A stretch of 64,000 nt of DNA from assembly GCA_964016885.1 (NCBI GenBank), contig OZ024740.1, positions 132,432,001 through 132,496,000 of the forward strand. Direction: 5' to 3'. Position numbers and translations under genes: made by a program. The notes beneath the pieces were generated by a model that was not told the DNA's origin, did not search any database, and saw only the letters and a program-made list of their open reading frames with translations. Origin of the DNA: Eledone cirrhosa (lineage: Eukaryota). Shown piece by piece: positions 38,217-53,330 of the stretch (the first letter of the stretch is position 1; the number at the start of each line of letters is the position of its first letter).

Positions 38217-39949
38217 TAGACATATATGTACATATATATGTGTGTGTGCGTGTGTATGTGTGTGCATGTGAGTGTATGTGTTAGCTTTCATGTATTAGGT
38301 GATGTTCATGATTAAATTTATAAATCGATGTCTGTCTTTATGTTCGTTTGGAATAGTTGAATTTAGTAACGTTAATGTTATGTGTGTTGATGGCACATAC
38401 ATCTCTCAGAGTATGTCTAGATACATCTATGTTCCTTTAATAGCACGGGTGTAATACTGTTTATTTCTCTGTAGTGTAAAAGCCGAACTCACCATCTTTA
38501 ATTCTGTATTCTTACCAAACTTTACCTATGTTCATAAATTTTGTGTAATAACCAAAAGTATATGATTGCGAATACAGGGGCCGAAATAAGGATCACTCGA
38601 AGAAATTTGGAGTAAAGCTACTCAGACATAGTTCTATGTCAGAGCATCGTTTATTGTCATTGCATTGATCTAGATAGCGAAAATGGTCTGAAATCTTTCG
38701 GTTCCGACAAGTGTCACTCTTCTCCACGCACCTTAACAATCTTCTTGGGAATGTAAACATTAATATAGCTAACACGCAACTACATATAACTATAATTATG
38801 AACATACACCCTACGAGTATTTCTTGTAGGTATATAGTGTATTGTGCAACGAGATACCAATATTATTTATCGTAGAATACTACCATGTCAACTTGTTTTA
38901 AATTCATTTCTTTTGTGACTATGATAAAGTATATTGCGTACTAAACAAGACAAAGAAAAATAAACACATAAAGTATTACAATGTTCGCATTAAATCTTGA
39001 AGTAATAATTGATAAGAAAGTATTGTTCCTGCTCGCTGTCTTGCACTTACGAGATCATTACGTTGCTGGCTGTCTATAGGAAACTTTCCAGTGTCTATAT
39101 TTTAAATACTATTTTTTGCAAAGCCACACTGTGTTTTATAACGTAGGAGGTTAGAAAACAACGCTTGCTATATTTATTGTGGGTTAGTGGAATGTATGAG
39201 AGATGATGGTTTCTGACTGTCGACTATGATAGTCTGAACAGCGATTTCTAGGGGAATTTCCGTTGGTCATAAAGAACTATTTCAAAAGGTCCTTGGCATA
39301 TTACTGCCACGGAAGGGCTCTGATATATCAAGATAGGATCTTCAGACATGGAAGTGTCAATAACTGGATCTGTCCAAGTTTCGAGCATGGCCACGATACT
39401 GTCCTACATGCTAGCGATCAACGTCTATTGATGCGTGTGTGTTTATATGTATCACCCTTGAATTGCCATAAAGCACGATCAACTGTAGCTAGTTGACTCT
39501 TGTTATTGTTTTGTATTGGTATCGTGACTATTTATTACGCCTTACTTTAACGTTACACCAAGTGTTTTCCCATTTGGCCGTTCCCCCTTTCCTTTACTCG
39601 CTATAGCTCCGAAAGCCAACTGTTTTATATTTGTATTTTACCAATCAATTGTACCCCGTGCGCACGTTGAAATATTAATTAATATAAATTTTATTTTATC
39701 GAATTACCAAGCACAGATCTGTGTTCTATGGATATGTGCAATGATTTCTTTTAAGGTGTTGCTATGTCTATTATATTGAGACTACAATTTCTAATGTGTA
39801 TGCAGTATCTATTGTAATTATTCATATTTCTGAACCTGTTAACACTGGATCGTTTAATTGACAACCATTTTATGGAGAAGGTTACAGAGAGCGGGTGTTT
39901 GTTGATCCATGTAGCTTGCTCAAGAGGCCATTACGTCAATGGTAAATAA

Positions 39950-41900
39950 AACGAGCAGACTTAAGAAAATATGTTGAGAGATTGTGGAATATGAATGCAA
40001 GCGTAGTGCCAATTGGAGACCTTGTGTCGGTGGCGAAAATCTTCTAGTAAAAATTAGTAGTATTTGAATGAGTCCCAGCATAACGACATTGCCAACATCA
40101 AATACATTTGGTAACAGCAAATTACTTCTCTGAACTTTGAACACCAATAAGAGATTCACAGTCTGATTTTCTAGGACCGTTCTTCTGTTTCTACTGATAC
40201 CATTTCCTAGTAGTGACAAACCCATATTTCTTACATAAAACACATTTTATCTTTGCACCTTCTAGATTTCCTCTTCGCAGCCATATCACAGACACAGAGG
40301 GTTTTGTCATACTTCCTATATTCTACCACACTTTTTCATCAGGTTTATACATATTCCGTAACACGTTTATAATTTAGTGCTTGAATCTGAGTATCAATTA
40401 ATATATCTTCCGTCTCACTGTCTCTTGAAATCAACTTTTATCAACCAATTCCAGGAAGATCCTACATCTACTTCCTTCGTTTCTCTTCCAATTTGACAAC
40501 GCAATTTCACACTATCTCTTGGACTCCGTTTCTCAGCCATCAGTCTCTGTTTGTGATTTTCGTTAAATTCAATGATTTCAATACTTTTATTTTAGCAACG
40601 TACCTTATAAACCTTTATTTACTAATGGTCAGATACTAGTCTAAAAATATACTTTCTTTAGCCACACAATTGTTCATGTTACAGTTCCTCGACGTGATAC
40701 GTTCTGTGGTGTACATAATTTTACAACATTTGCTGGTGTGGGCAATGCACGATTGTCAATCACACCCTTTCGCATTAGCCTACCCAGCTTCTATATTTTG
40801 TGTTTAATCCCATTCAAAATGGATGCACTAAATCTAATAACTGGTATAGCCCAGCCATTGATAGCGATAATTAAGTTCTTCCCATTCAATTTCGTTTACA
40901 TTAGCATTTCAACCCTTTTTATATAGACTCCTGTACATTCACCTTCATCTTCTGATTTACAAATGTGATAAGATCCGAAATGATCAGAAATTTGAGCCCA
41001 CTATCATCACGGTTACCAATCAGTTAAGTCAATCCTATCACAATGTAATGTTTGACAATCCTATCACAATGGAATGCATAGTTAGTGAACAGTTTTCACA
41101 AGTGAGGCATCCTAAGAGTCATTCCCGCCAAAGAACTTCAGATCACCCCCAAAAGTAGATGATTGATCTTAGGTCCTCTGTTTTCCATCTGATAGCCAAT
41201 ATGTGTATCCCGTAAGACCATTGATTGTGAAATCATTGAAATCACAATTAGCAATTATGAGAAGCAATCTCCTTGAAATGTTCCTCTTCTCATATAAACT
41301 ACAACTAGGTGCTTATATCCTGCATACAGGTTTGTCTTTCAGAAATGCATGTATTAGAAACACACTCTGGTATCCCAGATATTATGTAACCCTGAATCTG
41401 AAACCAAGTCAAAGGCTTTTTTTTTAATCTAACCAACTCATTCATTAATTCTCTAGACTTCATTTGCAATTCTTCATTAACTCACTGTCAACTATAAGAG
41501 AGTTGTGGATTGCCTTGCAAGTTTTTATACACCCATTCAGCTTGAGAAGAAACCTCTGGTTCTGAAGCGAGTGATCATACAATTTTGCAGCAAAGAAACC
41601 AGCCAACCGTTATCTTATACAAAACAATGATCTAGTTGCATGCCTAGCCTTGAATGAACACTACTAAATATTTTCAACCAGAATCCTTGGATACTCTTCG
41701 GTCCAGGAGATTTCTAGTTCAGATTTCTAAACTGTTCTTGAAATGTTTCTTTTGAAATTCTCTCTCATCTTTGTTTCGTTAAATACCTTATACACAATTG
41801 CATTTGTATATTTTGCGTCTTTGTTATGCCCCTTTGAGATGCCCCATCAATGTGACCAATATTTGTGGATAGTTCAATTTAGCTGCATTATTATTATCAT
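39950..41900 (-). pseudogene. Highly degraded R4/Dong-like RLE retrotransposon
   Basis: Minus-strand remnants such as VDVGSSWNWL..DFKR..E..LI..Q.QAL and ..L..KYG. Boundaries approximate. Confidence 0.5.
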
Positions 41901-42489
41901 TGTGATTTGAAACTTCATTTGAGTTCTCATTCTTTCCAAATCTTGACGAATGTCAACCTGGCACCTGAGGCAAAATTTGATAATACACACATTTTACAAC
42001 CGATTTACACACACATTTAAATGCTCTTGCAAAGTTATTAAATTGATAACGCCCTTCTTAGGACATGTGCAGTACTATTCAGCGCTATTTTTTGAATCTC
42101 TTGCATCTCTAGCTTTCCAGTTAAATTGTATAGCAACTTTTTTTATTATTATTCTAAGTATGACGACTATCACTGGTATTGTACAGGCCTTAAGATGCCA
42201 CTTTTTCCCAATTTTAATATATACATATTTATAATTACTGAACCTTCCGAACTCTTTCGATGACATGTTACGATCTGATGGAATGTTCATGTCAATTAAG
42301 AATCATGTTTTCTCTTCAAGGTCCTTTACTATTAAATCAGGTTCTTTGTGCTTCATTGTTATTTTCAGCCATTATTCACAGGGAAGTCCCAGGGCATGTC
42401 GCATTCTCGCCTCTGTTACTGCATCTATGTGATGGTTGTACCATTTCCATCCGTTTTCAGACAATAAAACCTACACATTACCCAGTGTA

Positions 42490-43260
42490 AGTATTGCCCC
42501 ATTTTATCATGCTCGTTTTATATTCCTGGGCAGCTAATAACTTGCAGCCTGACACATTTGGTCAATTCCATTACTGATCACATTGGCTTGAAAGTTGTGT
42601 TGCGAGACATGGGTCTTGTGCCACTAAAATGAAGGCTTTACACTCTGTCTTCAGCCCAGAATTCCACAGCCACTGATGGGTGAGTGCTTGATCTACATCA
42701 GGTTCTTTGATACGGAGAACATTCTGTCCATGAAGTGGATTTTGCTCCCATTTAGAACTCGGTCTCTGTTGGCTTTCATATTTTGCTAATGTTTGATTTA
42801 ATTGTGGCTTTAATTGCAGAATCACCATTATTATTTTCACATTGTATTCCCAGTTCTTCGGTAAAAATCCTATTTTTTTTTGTGACTGAATGTAATCTCT
42901 TCCTTCGCGAACTACGACCATTTTCATCATACAGTCATATCTGTTTTTAAGGTATTGATTCAGTCCATTCTTTGGTTCATATCCTGTGTGAAAGCTCTAG
43001 CAGGATCATTCCTCTAAGTCTATTTTGTCTAAGGAAATAGAGGCGATCAACATCTGCTTGATGTATTCGATTACAGGTCGAAAGTTTCCCGAATTTGTTT
43101 TCCATTCTTGTAATTTCACTAACGTTCGAATTATTATATTGAAAGTGTAGTTGACAACATGAAATGCAAGCGCATTTATAGCAGATTTCTGTGCAATTGT
43201 CAAAGAAATGCATCAATTAAATTATATGATATAACTTTTTCATTTTAGTTCATAGTGAAA
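42490..43260 (-). pseudogene. Degraded R4/Dong-like fragment (RT thumb to zinc-finger region)
   Basis: KSAINALA..V.NYTF, ADVDRLYF.RQ..RG, PLHGQ...DVDQALTHQWL..SGLKTE..AFI..AQD..LAT. Confidence 0.7.
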
Positions 43261-44375
43261 TCTGGAAACAACCGTGTTTGCATCCCCGTTTGTGGAGCTC
43301 AATCTACCTCAACCACACACGTTTTATAACAAAAGGCAAAGTATGAAAAGCATCAAAGCGAATCTGGGGACGTCACGTTGAAAAAACATTCGGTAAAACA
43401 ACCTCGTTTAATATCCTACCTTCAGAGGTTGTCATAACACTGTCCATGACTTACAATGGTTCCAAATTGAATTCATCCAAATTCATTTCCAAATCATATT
43501 ATATATAACTAGAATATATTTATCGGTAATGAGGTGATGTCAAAGCAATCTCTTCTAATGATGTTTGCTTCATATATACTGAAGATATACTCTACATAAA
43601 TTATTGCAATCGATATTTTTATTCCATATAACATGTACACATTATACAATAGATCAGTTTAGTGGATAATCAGTTGCAAATGAACGTAAATATATGTCCA
43701 CTAATCCAATTAGGCCCAGCAATTAATTTTATTAACACTTATAAGCAATTCGGGCTTATAATTTGGAAACGGCTACATTAATTTACCTAATTGCTCCAGA
43801 CAGTTCTCTTTAAATTAAGCTTGATGACATAAATTATATCCATCAGACATTAATGGTGAACACTTGTTTCATAATGGAAAATATTTTAGTAGATAGCTTC
43901 CTTTGAACTGATGTATTTGTGTCAAATAGAATGTATGTTTCTGAGCGTAAAATTATTGTTACGTTTTAATTTGGTTAACAAAAAACAGCCCACTATATTA
44001 TTGCGCATTATTTCATTTCCAATATTAATTGTTATTTATTTTATAAGAGAGAGATATGGCTTATTTATGATTAGTAGGTAATAATTTCTCCCATAATTAT
44101 TCAAAACTGTATGATGACATGGGAGCCTAAATATAGTGCTGACGATAGGTAAAAAATATATATTGAATTATTATATTGTTGGAAGAGATCACGATTCATA
44201 TGGAAAAGCAGGGTTAATATGAATCGATTCTATTGCATATATAAAATATATAGAGTGGTCAATGGTGAGTTATATGACAGATTCGACCGCATGAGCCATG
44301 AGCTCTTAAAAAATAAGTATGGTAAATGCGCTTTTACAAGAGTTTCAACAGCACCTGAAAGAGAATTTGTTTCTA

Positions 44376-44462
44376 CATCGATCATATTGAGACAAGAAAT
44401 TAAATACGGCAATAAGATGATTCTTATGCCGTATTTAATTTCTTGTCTCAATATGATCGATG
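44376..44462. repeat. Near-perfect 87-bp hairpin
   Basis: CATCGATCATATTGAGACAAGAAATTAAATACGGCA(A)TAAGA-TGAT-TCTTATGCCGTATTTAATTTCTTGTCTCAATATGATCGATG. Confidence 0.9.
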
Positions 44463-45999
44463 CTTTCTACATTATTAATTACTTTTACTTATACTGCGAG
44501 TATACATCGCCCATTTGAAATAGGGTTAAATAGATTGATGTCAGCATATTTAGTATCTTTCTAACATATGCTAATAATCATGAACTGATAGGTGTAGAAA
44601 CTTTACATGATGAATCTGTTCCATTTTTAAAATTTTACGCAGTTCAAACCGATGAAAGATAGGTTTCTTTTCTATTTTTTAATAATGAATGTAAAATCAT
44701 ATGTTTCAATAGTTAAGTGATTTTGCAAAACTGAATGCACGATATCATGATATAGCTGGTGACTTAAGATATATATTCGACAACTTCATATGACACCATC
44801 TAATTTGTGGAATAGAGAATATCCATCCTTTTCATGCAATCAACATATGCACACATGCACATATTTATATGATACCCATTTGTTTCCTATATATGTTTAA
44901 TTGTCTATGCTTGTAATGAAAATCGTGTAAGTCTCTTTTTATTCTAATTAAGAATGAATTAAATAATTTCTGTCCTCTATTTTTCTTTTCTTTCTTTTTA
45001 TTTTTTATTATATAATTGAAATTAGATGAAATCATGTTTTCCAGAAATCATGTATGTTTTGGCGCCTTCGATTATCATTTATATAATTCCATATTTACCC
45101 GCTATATTTTTATAGACACTACTACTACAGACTGTTGTTCTATAATCTGCTTGTAATTAAACGATGATGAATCCAATGTATTACTTTTGTGTTAGCTTTT
45201 TCTCTTAATCTCCCGCATGTTATTATTTACTGTATTAATAAAAAATATTACAGATATCAGAGACCGGCTTAGATCATTCTTATCGACATTGATGTAAACC
45301 GTATACAAATTCTGAACACCACATGTCCATTGGTTTCTTTCTTCTTTCTCACTAGACACGTCTATATTAATATTGATTCTTTATATCGTCACATTCGTAG
45401 GAATTAAAAGCAAACACTCCAAAATAATTCTTATGAAGCATGTTTAAGATTTGTAAACCTGCTACAAATTGATAACCACATTAGAATAAGAAACGTAACT
45501 ATTTGTCGTTCCAGTGCAAATAGCAAGCGATCTTTCAAATTAAAATTACGACATTATGTCAGCTATTGTGAAATACTTCCAGCATAATTCTACCCAGATC
45601 GTCTGAGAACAAATTGGAAATATTTCGAAATTAAAACGTCGGTTGCCTATAATCTCGGTTACTAGATATTGTTGGATTCTTTTACATGCACAAAATTCTC
45701 GGCAAAACTGTGTACCCAAATTTAGTATCTGCTTTAAATATCGAAATGGCATCTGCAAATATGTATTCTAAATATATACATAAACACGCAGGGGTAACAA
45801 TAGATATTTATCACATATAATGTCGTTTATTTAGATGATGAATATCTGAGTTTCGCTGCAAAATGTAGTCATTTTATCACATATACTTTTGCTCAGCTCA
45901 TGTAATATTTCCTCAGGAATCAGTATAGTGCACCATATCATATATGGCCAAATTATCACTTATATTCATATATTTGTGGTTAGCGTCTGCTTACAGATA

Positions 46000-46059
<60 letters not shown>

Positions 46060-46755
46060 TGCATATGGATGTTACAAAATTTCTTTTCAGTCTTTAGCCC
46101 TCCTGTAATTTATCTAATATTTCACTATCACTTTTAGTTTTCATCTATTCCGAATATTAACGCATAAGAAAATCTTTGTTTGCAGAGTAATTCCACTAAC
46201 ATTACGGTTATCTGCGTATACTAGTGTTGCATTTATTTGGAACTGGCATATTATACTATACTGATTCCAAATGAATTGAAAATGTCTTTCTTCAAAATTA
46301 GAAGAATAAAAATTGAGCGTTAACTTGGGTAAAATAGAAGTTTCCAAGGAAGTCGACATTATACGTTATACGTTACAGTCATATTAAATATTAGCAGCAC
46401 ATCATAGTCTAATGTAGCCTCATTTGATCAGTGGGTACATCGGAAATAACACAAGTAGGTCAACGCCATAATTTAGATGAATGTTCCACGTACGTGTATT
46501 CGGAATGAAATAAAAGGTGTCTCTCATATGCAGAATGATACTATAACAAATTCCTCACAGATCTTAGAGTGCTACTATATTATTTATCGATTAAACGCAA
46601 TTGATGTATCGAGTACTCAGTTAAATTGGACTTCTTTTGTTTGTACACCACACACACACACACACGCACACACTCATATGTATACAAATATATAGATATA
46701 TATACAAATATATAGATATATATACATATATATACATATATATACATGTACATAT

Positions 46756-46987
46756 AAATGTAATCTGAGTTTTTCCAATATTAATAATAACATTCGATTC
46801 GTTTGCAATTATGCAAACAAGTATCAATTTTACAGCCACGTCAGTAGAATGAACACTTCGTTATTGCTCTTACGTTGGCATGCGAACATAAGAGCAGGAA
46901 TGACATGGCTATACAATTGAGGCTTGTTTGCATAATTGCAAACGAATCGAATGGTATAATTAATATTCCGAAAACTCAGATTACTTT
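46756..46987. repeat. Diverged fold-back element between TA-rich tracts
   Basis: Arms about 46756-46843 and 46901-46987 (ATTCGATTCGTTTGCAATTATGCAAACAAG / CTTGTTTGCATAATTGCAAACGAATCGAAT). Confidence 0.75.
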
Positions 46988-47045
46988 TATTGTATTCAGC
47001 CACGTAGAGCGATATTTTCTTTTTTGTTATATATACATACATATA

Positions 47046-47119
<74 letters not shown>

Positions 47120-47885
47120 TAGATATGTGTACATGTGTTAGCGTAAGTGTTCAATAATACATTAATATCCATAGTACATACATACATGTATTGACCCCTA
47201 GGGTCTCTACATTTTTATACCGGAAAAAATTAATGGGGGAATTACATTCGACTACACTAGTGTATATATTAACACAATGGTGTATGTTGAAACCACAAAA
47301 TATTTTTCCCACACACAGAGCCACTAATATATTTTGCCTTTTGGACAACTATATCAACATGGAATGTTCATGCTTAGGGCACTTTCCAGCTGCACAAATA
47401 TGATAAACTGTGTACTACATTATTTTGTTGAAAAGATGATATTCCTCTATTGATTATTTCAAATAAATATGTCGATAAGGCATAAAAGTGCTTGCAGTCA
47501 TGCAAACATTCTTTATACGAAAGATTTTGAAGGAATTCGGACGTTGTATTACCTATAGATTTCTTAACCATTTCGGTGAATTGAGAGTTTGAAATGCCTC
47601 TTAGTACATGACAATCTTTCTATAATTTCAAGGTCATTTTGTTTTCATATTTATTGCTGCAAGTGACAGATTTTGTTTCACTCTTGAAAGTTCACACTGA
47701 CATATAGAATATATTTACAGCTTATATACTAAGAATATATTTTCTTATATATATATGTACCGTATATATATATATTCAACCCGGGGATATGTTAGCAACT
47801 CCTGCCCAAGGTGCTGCGCTTCACACCGAATCTCGTGTCAAATATTTAAACACACAGACATGCATATACACACACACACACACAT

Positions 47886-47926
<41 letters not shown>

Positions 47927-49032
47927 AGTGTGTGTGTGCGTGTGTGTGTATGCATGCGATTGCGTGTGTCCATGTGTGTCGGGGTGCGTTATATAGGAAT
48001 ACAAATGAAAAGGCTAGCAAATTAAGTGATCCCTTACAACTATCATTATGCAGGGAATATAATGATAAATATTTAAAGATGCAAACTAAATAAATTATCG
48101 TTATTTTGAACCATACAATTTTAGAAATAATCATGATTTTTCTAAGTGGGTTCTGCAAAAGAGAGTATTGAATTAGATATTAGCACAAATTATTTTGTTG
48201 TCAAGTTTGCAATATTTTCTGTTAAAGATGCAGCACACATGTTTTTTTTCCGTTTAGTTGCAAAACTTTTCCGTGCTCTTTATTTGCCCTCATATAAATA
48301 GTGTGCTGTAATCTCATATCGGTGTATTTCACGCATCTGGTGCTGGCTATTGCAATCATTAGACACAACGCTGCGCTGAAACGAGATCCGTCCAAGAACT
48401 TTATACAGTGGTTTCATAACCAAAATCACAGCCATCTACTCACTAATAAAAGAATTATGTGCACACTGTATGGTCACTTGAATTTTCTCCATTGCAAGTT
48501 TATTAGTATTGGGGTAATGGGATATTACTCCTACTATGAATATGACTTAGAACCATGTCGACTAACAACAACAACAATAATAATAATAAAAGTGATGTTG
48601 ATGTGATGATTACTAGAAAATGCTATTTTCATCATTTCTAAAAATAGCAAAACAATTGATGATTTGGATACGGTCAAATAGAAGTCATTAGACATGCTCA
48701 ACCAACCTTGACGCCGCCTAAGCTAATCAGCTTTAGTAATCCAATGAAACTACACACCGATTGGTCGAAATACAGTTTGCAAAACTTAGCATTCTGTAGC
48801 CACTGTAGCCACTTTTCACTATGGCACAACATTTACCCATCTCATTACAGTTGAAAATTGCATACTTGACTGTCACCACAGAATGTGAACCTGAAGATTG
48901 CGAAAGCATGAAAGTACTTGTTCAATTAACACTTAACATTTAATATTCTACCATACTATTTCATTCTAATACCATTATAATTTTAAAGGATTGTAAATAA
49001 AACGAGTAAATCAAAGTTGGAATTCATTTTAT

Positions 49033-49516
<484 letters not shown>

Positions 49517-49603
49517 GCAAAAGTTCTATTTAAAATTGTTGGGATACAACAAGTAAATATTTCTATAACTAATATAAAGCACTCGACAAATATTTGGAGT
49601 AGA

Positions 49604-50013
49604 TATACGATATTAATAAATGGAAACTATATTTATAAAACCATATCTATTTCGTTATACATATTTCAGGGATACCAAATTAAACCATGCATTTCTCTCT
49701 CTCCGATATTTCTCCACTTTTTTTTCTTTTTCTTTTTTTTCTCTCTCTCCGTCTTTTTTCTTTCTCTCCGTCTTTTTCTAATTGTCCTTAACACTAAGAC
49801 ATATTAAAATAATATAAACTATTCACTATCCAGAGGGCTTCCAAAAATAATGGTTGCATTCTAAAAGTGTATGTCAAAGCTTATTTGTAAAACTGTTATA
49901 TATTGTATTTCGTCTGATGAAGGCATACCATGATTTAATTTGGTATCCCTAAAATATGTATAATGAAATAGGTATGGTTTTATAAATATAGTTTCCATTT
50001 ATTAATATCGTAT
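49604..50013 (+). mobile_element. PLE 3' end with hammerhead (49906-49970) and an inverted partial copy (about 49604-49690); same family as the 17545 end
   Basis: TATTTCGT-CTGATGA-AGGCATACCA..TGGTATCCCT-AAAA-TATGTA-TA-ATGAAATA (G12 mutated; the inverted copy keeps GAAA). Shared tail TATGGTTTTATAAATATAGTTTC. Confidence 0.75.
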
Positions 50014-50015
50014 AC

Positions 50016-50053
<38 letters not shown>

Positions 50054-50121
50054 TAGAAATTGAGTTTTTTTACAAGATGAAAAATAACCGAGGTGTCCTA
50101 CACGAGTGAAAGTATAAAGAC

Positions 50122-50414
50122 AAAGAGATGAAATCGAAAATGCAACTGGAGTCTTATTTTATTTATTTTTTTTTTTTAAATATATATATTTATTTGGGTC
50201 CTTTACCGGTTTCGCAGTTCTTCTGCTTTTTAAAATGTGAGTTGAGATGGAGGATCTGTGGTTTTTCTCAAACCACAGACCCTCCATCTCAACTCACCTT
50301 TTAAAAAGCAGAAGAACTGCGAAACCGGTAAAGGACCCAAATAAATATATATATTTAAAAAAAAAAAAAAAAAAAAAAATAAGACTCCAGTTGCATTTTG
50401 GATTTCATCTCTTT
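50122..50414. repeat. Fold-back element with a mutated minimal hammerhead in each arm; same family as 62340-62480
   Basis: Arms about 50122-50263 and 50270-50414. CCTT-TTAAAAA-GCAG aagaa CTGC-GAAA-CCGG-TA-AAGG (G5 lost). Confidence 0.78.
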
Positions 50415-51035
50415 TTCTATAAATATATATATATACATATATATATATATAATGAAACAGAAGTTCAGTGTCATCGGCCGTTGAGGTAGACTTTGGCAGT
50501 TTTGGCCCTACCAACGATACTGCTACCACACATGGTGTCACAGACTCTAACAGAAGCCTAATGTTGTCCCGTAAGATACGAACAACGAATATATAGATTT
50601 GATTAGGCTCTAACAAGTACATATACAATTTAATGTGACGTCTGTGAAAGGTGTGTAGCTTTTTATAGCACGAAAGTTTCGATATGGAAAGAGTGGAATA
50701 AAAAAGAAGGAAAGGGAGATGTCGTGTTAAAAAATGTTGGTAATTTAAATTAAGGGGTGAGAAAAGATAACACGTTCGGGAACAGTTATTAATGTAAACT
50801 TACGAAAATTAACAGAGAGGACAAGAAAACTATCGAAAACAATGCAACACGAAAAACCATGTTTTGAGGTTCACTTTAAAATTTGTGTTGTTTTGTCAAA
50901 TAAAAATATAAACGATAGACATAGAACTCCATGATCATCGGCCGTTCAGGTGAACTTTGAAGTACACCCGGTCACAGCGTCGGACACAAGCCAAACGCTG
51001 TCTAATGGCGTAAGAGTAGGAAGGCAAAATATTAA

Positions 51036-51109
<74 letters not shown>

Positions 51110-51837
51110 AACGATGATGATGATAATAATGATATTGAATAGAAGACGATGATAGATAAATAAAATTGTGACTACCAATTAAAAGAATAATTCTAAAGAC
51201 AATTGTGTTGTATTGGTGGGTTTTTTCACGATAATTAGAAACTCTTGATAATGATGCTATTTGAGATGACATAGTGTCAGTGTGTGTTTGCGTGTATGTA
51301 TTATGTGTTTTTTGGTCCAGTCGTGTTGTCTTGTTGTTCGCATGGTCTAAAACAAAGGTTCTCAACGGGGGACATATGCACCCCCAGGGGGTGTTTCGGA
51401 TATCCAGGGGGGGGGGGGCGTTTGGGAGCAAGGGGAATTAGGAGGGCGTTTGGAGCTTTGGAGTGCACTGGAAGACTCTTTACTTTGGTAAGTTTTATAA
51501 GCCATATTTGTATGTCTTTGTGACAGCCAGTGTAAATGCATTTGAATGAGCATGCAGACAGCATAACTATGGTCTGACCGCAGCTGTGAGCAGGTGTGCA
51601 GGCGTGTTTAGACATTAACTGGAAATTGAGATCCTAAAAATGGAAAAACCCACAGTCAACTGGGTCAAGGACACTTTAATCGCAGCCAGTTAGAATCTTG
51701 TCTTTCCTTCACCGATAACAATGTATTTCATGTCTGAAGTTATTGACTCAACCGTAACGAGTTAACACTATTTTATTTCCTATTGTATAAATAATATTAC
51801 AAATAAAAAAAAGAAAAAAAAACACAGAAGCGGTTAG

Positions 51838-52268
51838 CACACACATCTAGGACCACACACAACACATAATCAGATAATACACACATCTAGGACCACATAC
51901 AACACATAAGCAGGTAATACACACATCTAGAACCAGATACAACACATAAGCAGGTAATACACACATCTAGGACTACATGCAACACATAAGGAGGTAGCAC
52001 ACACATCTAGGACCACATACAACACACAGGCAGTGTAATACATATATTTAGGACCACATAAAACACATAAGGAGGTAATACAAACATCTAGGACCACATA
52101 CAACACATAATCAGGTAATACAAACGTCTAGGACCACATAAACGCATATTCAGGTATTACATACATCCAGGACCACATGCAATACATAAGCAGGTAATAC
52201 ATACATTTAGGACTACCTACAACACACAGGCAGGTAATACATACATCTAGGACCAAATACAACACACA
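51838..52268. repeat. About 40-bp minisatellite (about 11 copies) inside the hAT element
   Basis: ACACACATCTAGGACCACATACAACACATAAGCAGGTAAT repeats starting near 51841, 51881, 51921, 51961, 52001 and onward. Confidence 0.9.
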
Positions 52269-52269
52269 T

Positions 52270-53330
52270 TGTATCATGTGCTACGGATGACGCTAGAGCA
52301 ATGGTCGGCCAACATAAGGGTTTCGTCACTCTTCTGAAGAGAAAATCTATCTGTATTTGTTGTTCATTGTGTCATTCATCGACAACACTTGGCTGTGAAG
52401 AAACTCAGCAAGCCACTGAGCAAGTCCTTGGAGGTGGCCCTTGATGTCATCAATTTTATCAAACGGCATTCCCTCAATGAACGAATTTTCCGGCAACTGT
52501 GCCAAGATAATGACGAAGAATTCGTCAAGTTGCTCCTTCATAATGAAGTAAGGTGGCTTTCAAAGGGCAAGTGCCTTACTCACTTCTTTGAACTGTTTGA
52601 CTCTATCATTGAGTTTCTGCGAGGACGCAACACAGAACTGTACAAGATAACCCTCGATGTGAGGCAAAACTGCGCCTACCTCACCGACATCGTCGACAAA
52701 TGCATTAGCGTCATTTTGGCTTTGCAGGGGAAGAAGATCACCTTGCTTAAAGCAAGGAATGCTGTGAAAACATTCCTGGCCAAATTGAATGTCATCGAAA
52801 GGAATCTTTGTTGACGGGAATTCTATAATTTTCCTAGTGTCGCCAATGTTCAAAACATTGTAAGCGATGACCAACTCCAAATGTATACCGCTCACCTCTG
52901 TGCGCTACAAGACAACATGAGAGAACGGTTTGTCGACCTTTTGCCGATAGACATCCCAATGTGGGTAGCAGATCCCTTCATAGCTAACGTTGATGATTTG
53001 GACGTTATATTTCAGGAAGAATTCATTGAACTTCAAGCAGATGACATGATCAAAATTAGATTTCCCAAAATAGGTGAACCCCTTTTTTGGATGCAAGAGG
53101 AAATTCAGCGTCGATTTCCACACCTACATGCAGAGGCTAAGAGATTTGCTCTGCATTTTCCAAGCTCATACTTAGTCATGAGGAGGTTTGGTGCAGTTTG
53201 CAGACTGCACAGTAAGGCTCGCAACCGCTACAATGTAATTACACGTGGAGATCTCCGGCTACATCTTACGAAAAATCCAGCCTGACGTCAAAGAGTTAGC
53301 TAGACTCCATAAAGTTCAAGGGTCCCATTG
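52270..53330 (+). pseudogene. C-terminal part of hAT transposase, disrupted
   Basis: CATDDARAMVG, HCVIHRQHL (CxxH), LLHNEVRWLSKG, AYLTDI, FPSSYLV, RNR...GDLRL. Internal stop at 52812-52814. Confidence 0.88.

Noticed and set aside
35400-39900. Possible host exons in AT-rich unique sequence
   Set aside because: No recognisable protein motif or convincing splice-bounded ORF. Small exons cannot be excluded without transcript data.
51838-52268. Regular 40-bp repeats resembling a CRISPR array
   Set aside because: The whole unit repeats with no unique spacers, there are no cas genes, and the context is eukaryotic: a minisatellite.
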